From Leptospira sp. (GTDB taxonomy: Bacteria; Spirochaetota; Leptospiria; Leptospirales; Leptospiraceae): a stretch of 64,000 nucleotides of DNA. Under the pieces are notes generated by a model. That model was given only the letters and a program-made list of their open reading frames with translations, ran no database searches and had not been told where the DNA came from. Every line of letters begins with the position of its first letter. Position 1 is the stretch's first letter. The stretch spans positions 96,001 to 160,000 of the forward strand of contig JAWXAQ010000027.1 in the NCBI GenBank assembly GCA_034439575.1. The letters run 5' to 3'. Below are positions 40,067-50,409 of the stretch, one piece after another. The translations under genes and the position numbers were made by a program.

Positions 40067-41524
40067 ATGAAAAAAGTTTTATTCTTTTACCTTGGGCTAG
40101 TGAGTTTCACGCTATTTTTACTAGTTCATAGTCCAGCAGGTTTACTTCAAGATAGTGTATACAAATATTTCCAGACGATTGATTATTTAGATTCAGGAAA
40201 AATAGATTTTTCAATTCACAATCATAATTATGAAATCGATCCGGAAAATGAATTTGGGATTTTTAAACCTCCATTTGCACATTTGATCCACGGAAAGATT
40301 TTTATGACTTTCCCTTGGCTATGGGTGTATCTCAATGCACCACTTTTTTCTATATTAAATTTTTATGCCATTTATCTAATTCCGATTTTTTCTGGAATAT
40401 TATCAATTGTCGCATTACGTTTCTTAATGATACAATTGTTTGATAATGATACTCTTATAGAAAAAAGTTTATTGTTTTATGTTTTAGGAACAGCTTTATC
40501 TATCTATTCGGTTTGGTATTATGAAGGCAATTTGTGCAATTTACTATTATACACATTTTTAATATTCCAAATAAAGTCATCCGTGAGAGAAAGCTATTTG
40601 ATTCTTACTTTTGAAATTTTAGCTTCTTTATTAATCCTGAATATTCTAATCATATTGAGAACAGAAGTTTATTTTTTGGCAATCTTGTATTTGTTTGCAA
40701 TAAAGATGGATTCAAAGAAAAATTTGATTTCAAACTTGCATTTTTTTCTATTATATACATTTATTCCATTATTTATTTACATATATTCGAATAGTTTAAT
40801 ATGGGATACTCCGCAGGGATTACGATTTCTTGTGACGAATAGTTTTACTTTTGGTGACCGAATCCTTCGTATCTTTGAATACTTTTTCTTTGCAAAATAT
40901 TCCCTATTAGTTTATCTTCCCACATTTTTTTTAACTTTAATTTTTTTCAGGGATTTAAAAACAAATTTTAGAAATACACTTTTTAGATTTTATTTAGCTT
41001 CCTTGGTTTTTATGATCATTCTTCCTTTTGTATCACCACAGCAACAAGGTAGTGATTTAGTTCCGAGGTTTTTTTTCCCAGTGATTCCCATATTAGTTCT
41101 CTGCATTCTATATGTTATTTATGAAAAATTTCCGAACAATAAACATATATTAGAACTCTTTTTATATGTACCAGCTCTCTCAATCGTTGCTTTTAGTTTA
41201 TTTTTAATTCTATTTTTTAATCGAAGTATGGATGCACTTTACAAAAAAATTGCACCATTTAACGGAGATCAAATTATAGTTTCTAGTGAAATTATAGGTC
41301 ACCTGGTTCAGAATGCTGAAAAACGATCTGTTTATTATGCCCCAGATATGGAAAGATTGGAGTCTCTCTATTCCAAAGAGAAAATAGCAAAAAATAGAAA
41401 TATTTATTTTTTATATTCAAAGATAAATAAATTTAATTTTACTAGTTCGTATCTAAAAAGTAATTTTAAGAAAATTACTGATATAGGCGAAGTGATAGTT
41501 TATAAAAGAAAAATTAGAAATTAG
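40067..41524 (+). CDS. Multi-pass putative GT-C glycosyltransferase (LA_3751/LA_3752-like), paralog 3
   Basis: QDSVYKYFQT, ILRTEV, PQGLRF, QQGSDLVPRFF. Confidence 0.62.
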   Translation: MKKVLFFYLGLVSFTLFLLVHSPAGLLQDSVYKYFQTIDYLDSGKIDFSIHNHNYEIDPENEFGIFKPPFAHLIHGKIFMTFPWLWVYLNAPLFSILNFYAIYLIPIFSGILSIVALRFLMIQLFDNDTLIEKSLLFYVLGTALSIYSVWYYEGNLCNLLLYTFLIFQIKSSVRESYLILTFEILASLLILNILIILRTEVYFLAILYLFAIKMDSKKNLISNLHFFLLYTFIPLFIYIYSNSLIWDTPQGLRFLVTNSFTFGDRILRIFEYFFFAKYSLLVYLPTFFLTLIFFRDLKTNFRNTLFRFYLASLVFMIILPFVSPQQQGSDLVPRFFFPVIPILVLCILYVIYEKFPNNKHILELFLYVPALSIVAFSLFLILFFNRSMDALYKKIAPFNGDQIIVSSEIIGHLVQNAEKRSVYYAPDMERLESLYSKEKIAKNRNIYFLYSKINKFNFTSSYLKSNFKKITDIGEVIVYKRKIRN

Positions 41525-42995
41525 TTTTTGTTATTCTTTTTTCTAGCCAAATTGTTATAAACAATCTTCTAAATTTGGTTAGGGTATAAATATTCAAAAG
41601 TAGTGGAATTAGGAAAAGGCCAATTTGTATAAAGGAACTCACTTCATTTTTTGGTATAAATTCGCTTTTTAAAAATAGTTTCATGAAATAGGCGGGTATA
41701 AAAGAAAGAAATGTGATAAGGAAACAAACTATTTTTTTCTCCGTTGGATGGGATTCTATAAAATAAAAACTTTGTGTTGTTAAATTAAATTTCGGCTGAG
41801 TCCATTCTCTAACCTTTATAAAAGGTTTCTCTATTATATAGTAACTAATAAGTGCGATTAAAAAACTGACTAAAAGACTAAAGATTGAAGCCATAAAAAT
41901 TTCATAGATTCCATTATTATCAAAATTAACGTAATCGAAAATTTTAATCATTACGACTGCACTCACATACATATGAATTAAATAGATACCATAACTCAAT
42001 TTTCCGAAACAAACTATCAAAACATTTGATAAAAGTTTCCTAATATATCTAAAGTATCCTTGAATCGTTCCGTAAGTGATAAGGAAAGCTAACATGGTGA
42101 AGTTGGTAATTCGAAAAACTACAAAATAAAATCTATTTTCTTCATAAGTAAAACCAAAAGAACAAATATATAAGGCTAGTGTTAACAAAAATACGATAAA
42201 AAATTTCGTGGGATTTATATATTTTGCTAATGTTTGTTTATCTATTTTGATGATTTCCATCAGTAAAATTCCTGCAAGGAAAGAATCGAAATGAGTGTGG
42301 ATAGGATGAAAAACTTTATATAAATAATCTTCACTGTTTTCTATAGGAACGTAAAAATAATAATAAGTTCTGATAAGAATAGGTAGAAATAATAGCAAAA
42401 CTAAAGTTAGTATTTTTCCAAACTTCGTCTTTAGATACTTGGCATATAAAAAAATGAAAAGGGGCATGGCTATATAGAATTGTTCTTCCATGGATAAGGA
42501 CCATCCATGGATATGCAATCGGTCTGTAAAATAGTTTGAAATATAAAAGGCATCTACCCACCAATTGTTAAGCCTGCTTTGCATCGCAGGAATTCCATCG
42601 GCCATAATTCCTAAATTGATACCTTGTTTGGCGGCCTGAATGGTTAGGCTCATAAGAACGATCGTAAATCCAACCAAAACATAAAGCGGTGGAAAAATAC
42701 GAAACGAGCGTTTGAGAAAAAAATTCTTCCAGCTTTTTAAAAAACCAAATTTTGATAATTCGTTTGTAAATGAATAGGAAATCAAAAAAGAACTAATAAC
42801 AAAAAAAAGATCCATTAGCATTTCAAAATTTTGAACACCAGCTTTGTAATTTTGAAAGTACTTAGGTAAAAAACCAAGACTTGATGTAAAACAATGGTAT
42901 GCAATTACGATATAACAGCCGATTGCCCTAATACCATAAAGTTCGTTTATTTCTTTCGGATTGATTTTGAAAATTTCTAAAAAGTATTCTTTCAT
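41514..42995 (-). CDS. Acyltransferase family 3 (OafA/YrhL-like) membrane O-acyltransferase
   Basis: GIRAIG..H, DLFFVISSFLI, KRSFRIFP, WSLSMEEQFY, GKLSYGIYLIH, YYIIEKP. Confidence 0.9.
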   Translation of the reverse strand: MKEYFLEIFKINPKEINELYGIRAIGCYIVIAYHCFTSSLGFLPKYFQNYKAGVQNFEMLMDLFFVISSFLISYSFTNELSKFGFLKSWKNFFLKRSFRIFPPLYVLVGFTIVLMSLTIQAAKQGINLGIMADGIPAMQSRLNNWWVDAFYISNYFTDRLHIHGWSLSMEEQFYIAMPLFIFLYAKYLKTKFGKILTLVLLLFLPILIRTYYYFYVPIENSEDYLYKVFHPIHTHFDSFLAGILLMEIIKIDKQTLAKYINPTKFFIVFLLTLALYICSFGFTYEENRFYFVVFRITNFTMLAFLITYGTIQGYFRYIRKLLSNVLIVCFGKLSYGIYLIHMYVSAVVMIKIFDYVNFDNNGIYEIFMASIFSLLVSFLIALISYYIIEKPFIKVREWTQPKFNLTTQSFYFIESHPTEKKIVCFLITFLSFIPAYFMKLFLKSEFIPKNEVSSFIQIGLFLIPLLLNIYTLTKFRRLFITIWLEKRITKTNF

Positions 42996-43024
42996 TTGAA
43001 AATTATTTTTTGTTATTTTTTGTT

Positions 43025-44542
43025 TTATTTTAGGGGTTTTGGTTCAGATTTTAATAAAAAATTTTGAACCAGAATCCCTTTTTTAGTAAAAGACTCTCCC
43101 TCTGCATATTCATTATCTAATTTTAACGGAATCAACGAACCGGTTTTTATAGAAGACGAAATTATCGTGATAGAAGTTGGAATCTTTTGTTTGTGAGAAT
43201 TTAAAAATGTTTTAATGTCTGACTCATTACTAATGCCAATGATTGGTTTTTTTGCAAAAGAAGGTAATACACAATTGTACAAATCTTCATCAGTTAAAAT
43301 GATTAAATTTCCAGTAATATGAGAATCGATTGCTAAATTGATGTCTTTGGAAGTTTTAAGAAATAAAAACAAGACCACATAACCAAGACAAGTTATGAAT
43401 ATGGAAAAACCTATTAGATATTTGATTTTTGAGATTAAGAATTTAAATTTTTCTATTTCGAAAAGTAACTCAATACTCTTGAAAGTGCCAATTATGAGTA
43501 ATGGTTGCACTGTCGCTGCGAATCGAGGTCCAAGGATAGATCCGTCAGGATTCTTGACTAAGATTGGAACTAAAAATGTAAATATACAAGTAATAAATAA
43601 GAGGGATTTATGTTCAGGTGTTACTTTTGTTAGTTTGTTATAATATATAAATGGAATCACAAATAAAAAAATTGGCCATGCGGTAAAAAGTCCCAAAGCC
43701 TTATCTGAACCAAAGAATGCTTTTATTAAATTAAAAAATCTATTTTCAATCGGATAGGAGGCCCCCGAATAGTTCAAAAATTCGATTCCTCTCAATCCCA
43801 AAATATTTTCAGTGACTATATAATTTGATACTACAAGAACGCAAGCGGGTATAAAGAGCCCCAAAAATAATGCAATTAAATCAGAGTAATGTTTGAATAT
43901 TTTAAAAACAAAAATAGCTATGAATAGTAGAATACAATACAATGCTAATTCGATTCTAAAGAGTACAGACAAACCGGTGAGTAATCCTGCCAAAAAGTTA
44001 AAAATAGGATTTGAATTTTCATTTTTAGCTTTAAGGATTAAAAAATAAGCAAAAGTGATAAGCAATGAGGAATGTATCGCTTCGCCCAGAACAAAAGAAT
44101 AAATAGAGTTGATCGAACCGAATGCGATAAAAACCAACATTAAGTTTCTAAACTTATGACTAAGATCTAGCAGATTTGAGATGTGAAAACATAACAAAAT
44201 AATCAGTAAGCCAGACATTAAACTTAAAAAATCCAAAGCATAAACACCACCTAGCATGTAAAATGGTGATAAAACTATGGAAAGAAAAAAGGGAAACACA
44301 TAATATGATTCACTATTTATTTTATAAGCAAATGGAGGTTTTACGGGAAATAATTTGTGCTCAGTGTCTATATCTTTCGCTCTATAATTTGCAGAAAAGC
44401 CTGTGAATTTTGAATCTATAAAATCTCGAATTTGTAAAATTTTAATACCTGGATCGGCAGGCTGATATTCTGTATGAGGAAGGATGATAAAAAGCGAAAT
44501 ATAAAAAGTAAGTAAAATAAGAATAAATTTTTTGAGATTCAT
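43025..44542 (-). CDS. Multi-pass putative GT-C glycosyltransferase (LA_3751/LA_3752-like), paralog 4
   Basis: ADPGIKILQI, LFRIEL, ILGLRG, NPDGSILGPRFA. ID(T/P)E...(F/V)KPPFA is shared with 40067..41524. Confidence 0.65.
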   Translation of the reverse strand: MNLKKFILILLTFYISLFIILPHTEYQPADPGIKILQIRDFIDSKFTGFSANYRAKDIDTEHKLFPVKPPFAYKINSESYYVFPFFLSIVLSPFYMLGGVYALDFLSLMSGLLIILLCFHISNLLDLSHKFRNLMLVFIAFGSINSIYSFVLGEAIHSSLLITFAYFLILKAKNENSNPIFNFLAGLLTGLSVLFRIELALYCILLFIAIFVFKIFKHYSDLIALFLGLFIPACVLVVSNYIVTENILGLRGIEFLNYSGASYPIENRFFNLIKAFFGSDKALGLFTAWPIFLFVIPFIYYNKLTKVTPEHKSLLFITCIFTFLVPILVKNPDGSILGPRFAATVQPLLIIGTFKSIELLFEIEKFKFLISKIKYLIGFSIFITCLGYVVLFLFLKTSKDINLAIDSHITGNLIILTDEDLYNCVLPSFAKKPIIGISNESDIKTFLNSHKQKIPTSITIISSSIKTGSLIPLKLDNEYAEGESFTKKGILVQNFLLKSEPKPLK

Positions 44543-44641
44543 AATTGCTTAATTCATTCCATAAAAATCAATTTATATGGGAAGAAAAGGAAAAAATAAA
44601 TTCAATGGCAATTGGATAATGATTCAATTTATACAGAAGAA

Positions 44642-46192
44642 TCAGCTTTGAAAGGCCTTTTCTAAAAGTTCAGTGAGAATGCTTTTGTCACTTTTTGCAA
44701 ATTCAGGAATAGATAAATTTTTCAATTGCCCAAGTATCAATTCTTCATCGATAATTTTTCCTGCTAAGTGTTTACCTATCATTTCACTGACAATCGGGAA
44801 TATTTGTGTTAGCTCCAAATATTTTTTGGATAATAAGATCACACTCATTCCGATAGCACCTTCTGTTCCATAGAAAGCCTCCGTATCATGGAAAGTTTTT
44901 TTCCATAATTCCGATGGGAGCGATTCTTTGACTAATTTGATCATTTCAGCATGGCCTGGGCCTTTTTCTGTAATATTTACCATTGCTAAACTAACGGGAT
45001 TTATTTTTCCATGGATTCGAATGTTTTCTTCACCTAACTTTCGTATACGTTTGGCGGCGTCTCTAGTAATGGCATCTCGACCCAAGAAATTTAATCCATA
45101 TAAATATTCTTCTAATAGATCACCTTCAATTTCGCCTAAACAAATAAGCTGATATAAAGTGAAAATCATATAATCAGATTCAGTATTGTCGCCCATGAGA
45201 ATTTCTTTGGAGTGGGTGGGTTGGAAGACTCTGTCGTGTAAAAGTATAGAAAGTTTATAAGCCATTTGGTCATACAAACTTTGAATAGAGGCTCCAAAGA
45301 ATTTTTTTGTTCGAGACCAAGCGGGTTTAAAACCATTTTGCAAAAATTCTATAGGATTAAAAAAAGTTCCAATGACTTTATCAAATACACCTTTGATTGT
45401 ACCTTCTAAATATTTTAAATGGAGAGATTCGATTTTAATATTATGATTCGCAATTGTGGCAAGCATGGTGCGACGAAAAAAATGGGGACTTGCTGAAATA
45501 AAGGCAAGCGGAGCATTGTCCAATCCTTCACGTAACTGGCGATAAAGTTCTGGCATACCAGGCAAGGCTTGTTTTTGTTCTGGTGTTTCAAATAGAGTTG
45601 TAAACTTTCCTTTTCCCGAATGTATATCTGTCGCTAAATATGTTTGGTCTATATCAGAAGTGACAATATAACCCTTGTAATCTTCTGCAAGGATTCGAAG
45701 TTTTCCTTTTCCTACAATTGTCGTTTTGCCCAAAATAGAATTTTCTGTATTATTCAAATGGGCTAAGTCTTTGGAGTATTGGCGAAAGCTATCTAGACCT
45801 TCCAAATTCACTTGAAAACTGTGACTGCCAATGGGGAGTTTGTCTCGGATTTCACAGGAAAAAAATCCATCTTCATCGGCTTTGATTTTTGCTGAGGAAT
45901 AAATCTTTTCTCCAGCATCGTTGAATAATTCAATGCGAAGGACTGGTTTTCGCACCGGTGCCAGTGAAAAATCCAGAAAAGGTGTGATATTTCTTTCTTC
46001 GCCAGAAAAAAGTCCAGTGACCAGATCCCATAAACCTTCCGCTTTCATGGGATCTGTGATCCCTATGTCCACGACTTGCCCTCGCACGTAAGATCTCCTT
46101 TCGCGACCGAGTGAACCTCCGCAAACTGCGATTCGTTTGATATCAGTAAAGTTGTTGGAAGGAGGGGGTGAATTGGGAATTTGATCTGGCAT
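44642..46192 (-). CDS. App1-like (DUF2183) HAD phosphatase-domain protein
   Basis: SDIDQT (DxDxT), ISASP, MGDNTESD. Start taken at ATG 46192 (MPDQIP); the longer ORF-track start overlaps ubiD. Confidence 0.75.
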   Translation of the reverse strand: MPDQIPNSPPPSNNFTDIKRIAVCGGSLGRERRSYVRGQVVDIGITDPMKAEGLWDLVTGLFSGEERNITPFLDFSLAPVRKPVLRIELFNDAGEKIYSSAKIKADEDGFFSCEIRDKLPIGSHSFQVNLEGLDSFRQYSKDLAHLNNTENSILGKTTIVGKGKLRILAEDYKGYIVTSDIDQTYLATDIHSGKGKFTTLFETPEQKQALPGMPELYRQLREGLDNAPLAFISASPHFFRRTMLATIANHNIKIESLHLKYLEGTIKGVFDKVIGTFFNPIEFLQNGFKPAWSRTKKFFGASIQSLYDQMAYKLSILLHDRVFQPTHSKEILMGDNTESDYMIFTLYQLICLGEIEGDLLEEYLYGLNFLGRDAITRDAAKRIRKLGEENIRIHGKINPVSLAMVNITEKGPGHAEMIKLVKESLPSELWKKTFHDTEAFYGTEGAIGMSVILLSKKYLELTQIFPIVSEMIGKHLAGKIIDEELILGQLKNLSIPEFAKSDKSILTELLEKAFQS

Positions 46193-46253
46193 AATTATGA
46201 AAAACTTGTGCCCCAAGTCTAATGTATCAGGATAAGATTTCCACCCCTTTTTT

Positions 46254-48044
46254 ATGAACGCGATTCGCTCCACCCAACAATTTATCAAAGTCTTACAAAA
46301 AGAAAATGAACTCTTAGTTATTTCCGAAGCCGTGGATCCCTATTTGGAACTTGCAGAAATCCAAAGAAGGGTTGTCGCCAAAAAAGGACCAGCACTCTTA
46401 TTTACAAATGTCAAAGGCACAAAATTTCCCGTAGCAACGAATCTATATGGTTCAGAAAAACGGATCCATTTGGCCTTTGGTGACAAACCAGTCCATACCA
46501 TCAAACGACTAACGCATTTAGTGAAAGAACTCCTTCCTCCACGGATGGGAACTCTCTGGAAGGAAAGATCCCTTGGTTTACTTCCCTTTCTCGTCGGCTT
46601 AAAAAAAATAAGTAGACCAGCCGTTTTAGAAAATTCACTCACAGGCCTTGGCACTTTACCACACATTGTTTCATGGCCAGAAGATGGTGGACCCTTTGTT
46701 ACTTTGCCTCTTGTTTACACACAATCCCCAACAAATGCAAAGGGCAACCTTGGCATGTATCGTATACAGCTGTTTGATGAAAAAACTGCGGGAATGCATA
46801 TTCAAATTCATAGAGGGGGAGGCTTTCATCATCATGAAGCAGAAACTTTAGGTCAAGAATTGCCTGCTCATGTTTATGTGGGTGGGCCTCCTGCCTTAAC
46901 CATTGCCGCTGTGGCCCCTCTCCCAGAAGAAATTCCAGAACTAATCTTTGCCTCATTTCTTATGGGGGAAAAATTGAAAATATCACATAACAAAACTATA
47001 TCTCCCTATCCAATTGTTTCCGATGCTGACTTTGCAATCATTGGAAATATACCAGCAAACAAACGTAAGATCGAAGGGCCATTCGGGGATCACTACGGAT
47101 ATTATTCATTGGCACATGAGTATCCATATTTAGATGTAACTTCTGTTCATTGCCGTAAAGATGCGATATGGGCCGCAACAGTGGTGGGCCGTCCTCCGCA
47201 AGAAGACCATTATATCGCCGAATTTTTGCAAGATCTACTTTCACCTCTTTTCCCACTCGTCATGCCACAGGTGTTAAACGTTTGGGCTTATGAAGAATCA
47301 GGTGTGCATTCCTTGGCCGCAGCCGTCGTCAAGGAAAGATACTACAAAGAAGCCTTTACTGGCGCTTTACGAATTATGGGAGAAGGGCAATTGTCACTGA
47401 CTAAGTGTTTGCTTGTCACAAATGAAAAAATAAATTTAAAAAATTTCTCTGAAACGTTTAAGACCATTGTGGAAAGGTGCGATACCGAAACCGATATCCA
47501 TATCTTTAGTCATATCAGCCAAGATACTTTAGATTATACGAGTGGAAAGGTAAACAAAGGAAGTAAGATGCTGATACTTGGTGTCAGTGAATCGGGTGAG
47601 CCAAAGTATAAAAATCTTCCTAATTCTTTTGATCGGTCTTTTAAAAACAAAAGTTTCCAAAATCCATTTGTATTTTTACCTGGTGTGCTTGTTGTACAAG
47701 GTTCGGCATTTACAGAGAATGATAAAAATCTAGCAAAATCTTTGTTAGAGGAAGATCTATCAAATTTCCGATTTGTGTTTCTTGTGGATGATACAAATGA
47801 TACATCAAAGTCAGACCATGATTTCATCTGGACGGTTTTTACCCGAATGGAACCTGCAAGAGACGTGTATTCAAAACAAATCATTGAAAACAATCATATT
47901 CGTCATATAGCACCTATCGTCATTGATGCCAGGATGAAACCTTGGATTCCGAAAGTGCTTGTCCCTCTGGAAGAAACTGTAAAAACCGTAAATGAAAAAT
48001 TTGGAATGCTTATCGATTCTTTACCGAATCCAATTGGCAATTAA
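46254..48044 (+). CDS. UbiD-family prFMN-dependent decarboxylase
   Basis: VDPYLELAEIQRR, GPALLF, NLGMYR, EGPFGDHYGYYS, VGRPPQED. Confidence 0.9.
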   Translation: MNAIRSTQQFIKVLQKENELLVISEAVDPYLELAEIQRRVVAKKGPALLFTNVKGTKFPVATNLYGSEKRIHLAFGDKPVHTIKRLTHLVKELLPPRMGTLWKERSLGLLPFLVGLKKISRPAVLENSLTGLGTLPHIVSWPEDGGPFVTLPLVYTQSPTNAKGNLGMYRIQLFDEKTAGMHIQIHRGGGFHHHEAETLGQELPAHVYVGGPPALTIAAVAPLPEEIPELIFASFLMGEKLKISHNKTISPYPIVSDADFAIIGNIPANKRKIEGPFGDHYGYYSLAHEYPYLDVTSVHCRKDAIWAATVVGRPPQEDHYIAEFLQDLLSPLFPLVMPQVLNVWAYEESGVHSLAAAVVKERYYKEAFTGALRIMGEGQLSLTKCLLVTNEKINLKNFSETFKTIVERCDTETDIHIFSHISQDTLDYTSGKVNKGSKMLILGVSESGEPKYKNLPNSFDRSFKNKSFQNPFVFLPGVLVVQGSAFTENDKNLAKSLLEEDLSNFRFVFLVDDTNDTSKSDHDFIWTVFTRMEPARDVYSKQIIENNHIRHIAPIVIDARMKPWIPKVLVPLEETVKTVNEKFGMLIDSLPNPIGN

Positions 48045-48132
48045 GTGATAGAATTTGATAAAACGTGAGTTAAACGCAATTTTTATTAAGCAATAGTTAT
48101 GCGATTGAAATTAAAAATTATTAAAGGAAAAT

Positions 48133-49104
48133 ATGAAAAAAAGTAAAATCTTAATCACTGGTGGTGCAGGGTTAATTGGCTCGCAAGTTGTTGAGGATTT
48201 AAATAGTCAAGGAAAATCTGATATCATCATTTGTGATCATTTAGGAACTACGGAAAAATGGAAAAATTTACGAAGAAATTCTTTTTTTGATTATTTAGAA
48301 AAAAAAGAACTTAGAAACAAAATGGACAATTCTGATTCTTTTTTTGATGAATTTTCACATATCATCCACCTTGGTGCTTGTTCATCGACAACGGAAAAAG
48401 ATGCTACATATTTGATCGCAAATAATTACAATTTCACAAAGGATTTGGCACATATTGCCGTTCGCAAAAAAATTCCTTTTATTTATGCCTCGAGTGCTGC
48501 GACCTATGGGGACGGGGAATTTGGTTATGATGATTCCTTGCCATTGGATTCTCTAAGGCCTATGAATATGTATGGTTATTCCAAACACCAATTTGATTTA
48601 TATGCGACACGCACAGGTCTACTCCAAGAAATCACTGGTTTGAAATATTTCAATGTGTTTGGATATGGTGAAGAACACAAAGGTGAGATGCGAAGTCTCG
48701 TCTTGAAAGGTTATGAACAAATCAAACAAACCGGAAGTTTAAATTTATTTAAGTCTTACTTAGCTGAATACAAAGACGGTGAACAAAAACGAGATTTTTT
48801 ATATGTCAAAGATGCAAGCAAAATCACTTTGTATCTTTTGATGTCAGGCAAAACAGGACTCTTTAATGTGGGAAGAGGGATTGCTGAGACTTGGAATGAA
48901 CTCGCCTCATCTATGTTTATCGCTATGGGAAAAGAAAAGAAAATTAGCTACATAGAAATGCCAGAACATCTAAAAGGAAAATACCAATACTATACTTGTG
49001 CGAAAGTAGATCGTTTGCACGACGCAGGATACAACCAAGGGTTTATGAATTTGAAGGATTCGATAAAGGATTATGTAACCCTTCTCGAACGAGAAGGGTC
49101 TTAG
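48133..49104 (+). CDS. rfaD: ADP-L-glycero-D-manno-heptose 6-epimerase
   Basis: TGGAGLIG, HLGACSSTTE, YASSAATYG, NMYGYSK, KYFNVFG, EHKGEMRS, YQYYTCA. Confidence 0.93.
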   Translation: MKKSKILITGGAGLIGSQVVEDLNSQGKSDIIICDHLGTTEKWKNLRRNSFFDYLEKKELRNKMDNSDSFFDEFSHIIHLGACSSTTEKDATYLIANNYNFTKDLAHIAVRKKIPFIYASSAATYGDGEFGYDDSLPLDSLRPMNMYGYSKHQFDLYATRTGLLQEITGLKYFNVFGYGEEHKGEMRSLVLKGYEQIKQTGSLNLFKSYLAEYKDGEQKRDFLYVKDASKITLYLLMSGKTGLFNVGRGIAETWNELASSMFIAMGKEKKISYIEMPEHLKGKYQYYTCAKVDRLHDAGYNQGFMNLKDSIKDYVTLLEREGS

Positions 49105-49109
49105 GAAAT

Positions 49110-49409
49110 TTATTTCTTGTAAACTTTGACTATCGTGTTTACCAAATCTTTGAATTTAGGATCTTTCAAAGAATAATAAACTTGGTTAGAAGATTTTCTC
49201 GATTCTAAAATCCCATTGTTTTTCATTTTGCTTAAATGTTGCGAGGCAGCAGATTGGCTTGTCCCGAGAAGTTCTACGAGTTGTCCCACTGATTTTTCTT
49301 CTTTAGCAAGAGTATAAAGAATCAAAAGTCGGATGGGGTGAGCGATACCTTGGATACCTTTAATGGCTAGTTCCAATTGTTGTTTTGAAAGTTCTGTTTT
49401 TATTTTCAT
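49110..49409 (-). CDS. ArsR/SmtB-family transcriptional regulator
   Basis: AHPIRLLIL, SVGQL, SQSAASQHL, VYYSL winged HTH. Confidence 0.9.
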   Translation of the reverse strand: MKIKTELSKQQLELAIKGIQGIAHPIRLLILYTLAKEEKSVGQLVELLGTSQSAASQHLSKMKNNGILESRKSSNQVYYSLKDPKFKDLVNTIVKVYKK

Positions 49410-49564
49410 TATTTACGAAATCCGTTATATTCTTATGACGAAATACTTCGTATTTCGACTACAGATATTTTTTTTAAATGAAAAAAATTTACCAAATAAA
49501 TCATATCGTACATTCCCCAATTCTTTATGTTTAAACTTTGGTAAATTAATTTCTTATAATAATT

Positions 49565-50332
49565 CTAAATGCGTACTCCACCAGAAATTTCCAAAATCAC
49601 ACCAGTTACTAGTTCATTTTCTATAATAAATTGAGCCGTGTGTGCGATTTCATCTGGTTCACCAAGTCTTCCGATCGGGATTACTGATTTCCATTTTGCC
49701 AATGCATCAGGATTCATATCTTTTAATACCATCTCAGTTCCAATAAAACCAGGAGCTATTCCTGCTACACGTATTCCAAAACGTGCTAATTCTTTTGACC
49801 AAGCAACAGTCATAGCAGCAACTCCTGCTTTCGCAGCACTATAATTTGTTTGTCCTGAATTTCCATGCATAGCGATAGAGGCAATAGGTATGATCACTCC
49901 GGATTTTTGTTCAGCCATACAAGCGGCAGCTTCTCGACCAGTCAAAAAAACACCAGTTAGGTTGACATCAATGACTGATTGCCATTGGTCAATGCCCATC
50001 TTTGCTTTTACTTTTCCAGTCTCTTTATCTACGCGAATCAAAAGTCCATCACGTAAAATCCCAGCATTTAATATGGCAACATCAAGTGATCCCCATTTGG
50101 ATCTAGATTGTTCGATCAATCGAATGCTATCTTCTTCGCGAGCCACATTGGCAACGATACCTATAGTATCTATCCCTTCATTTTGAAAGGATGTTACAGT
50201 TTCGTTTAGTTTGTCTTCTTGGATATCAGAGAGAATGATTTTAGCACCGAGTTTTCCTAATCGGTATGCCATTGATTTTCCAAGCCCACCTGCTGAGCCT
50301 GTGATAAGAACTTTAGAGCCTTTTATTTCCAT
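49565..50332 (-). CDS. SDR oxidoreductase (FabG-like)
   Basis: [34 protein letters not shown]. Start taken at ATG 50332; the ORF track gives 50362. Confidence 0.88.
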   Translation of the reverse strand: MEIKGSKVLITGSAGGLGKSMAYRLGKLGAKIILSDIQEDKLNETVTSFQNEGIDTIGIVANVAREEDSIRLIEQSRSKWGSLDVAILNAGILRDGLLIRVDKETGKVKAKMGIDQWQSVIDVNLTGVFLTGREAAACMAEQKSGVIIPIASIAMHGNSGQTNYSAAKAGVAAMTVAWSKELARFGIRVAGIAPGFIGTEMVLKDMNPDALAKWKSVIPIGRLGEPDEIAHTAQFIIENELVTGVILEISGGVRI

Positions 50333-50409
50333 GCCCACCAAAGTCTTTAGAGTAGGGGGCATTGTCTAGGAAAATCAGTTTTGTTTTTTTATGATGTTTT
50401 TATCAATTA

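Noticed and set aside
46193-46288. N-terminal 32 aa of the 548-aa ORF-track version of the App1-like gene
   Set aside because: It would overlap the divergent ubiD start. ATG 46192 leaves a normal 61-bp intergenic region.
46254-48044. UbiD without an adjacent UbiX as a novel system
   Set aside because: ubiX is often unlinked. A long UbiD of this kind is consistent with ordinary quinone biosynthesis.
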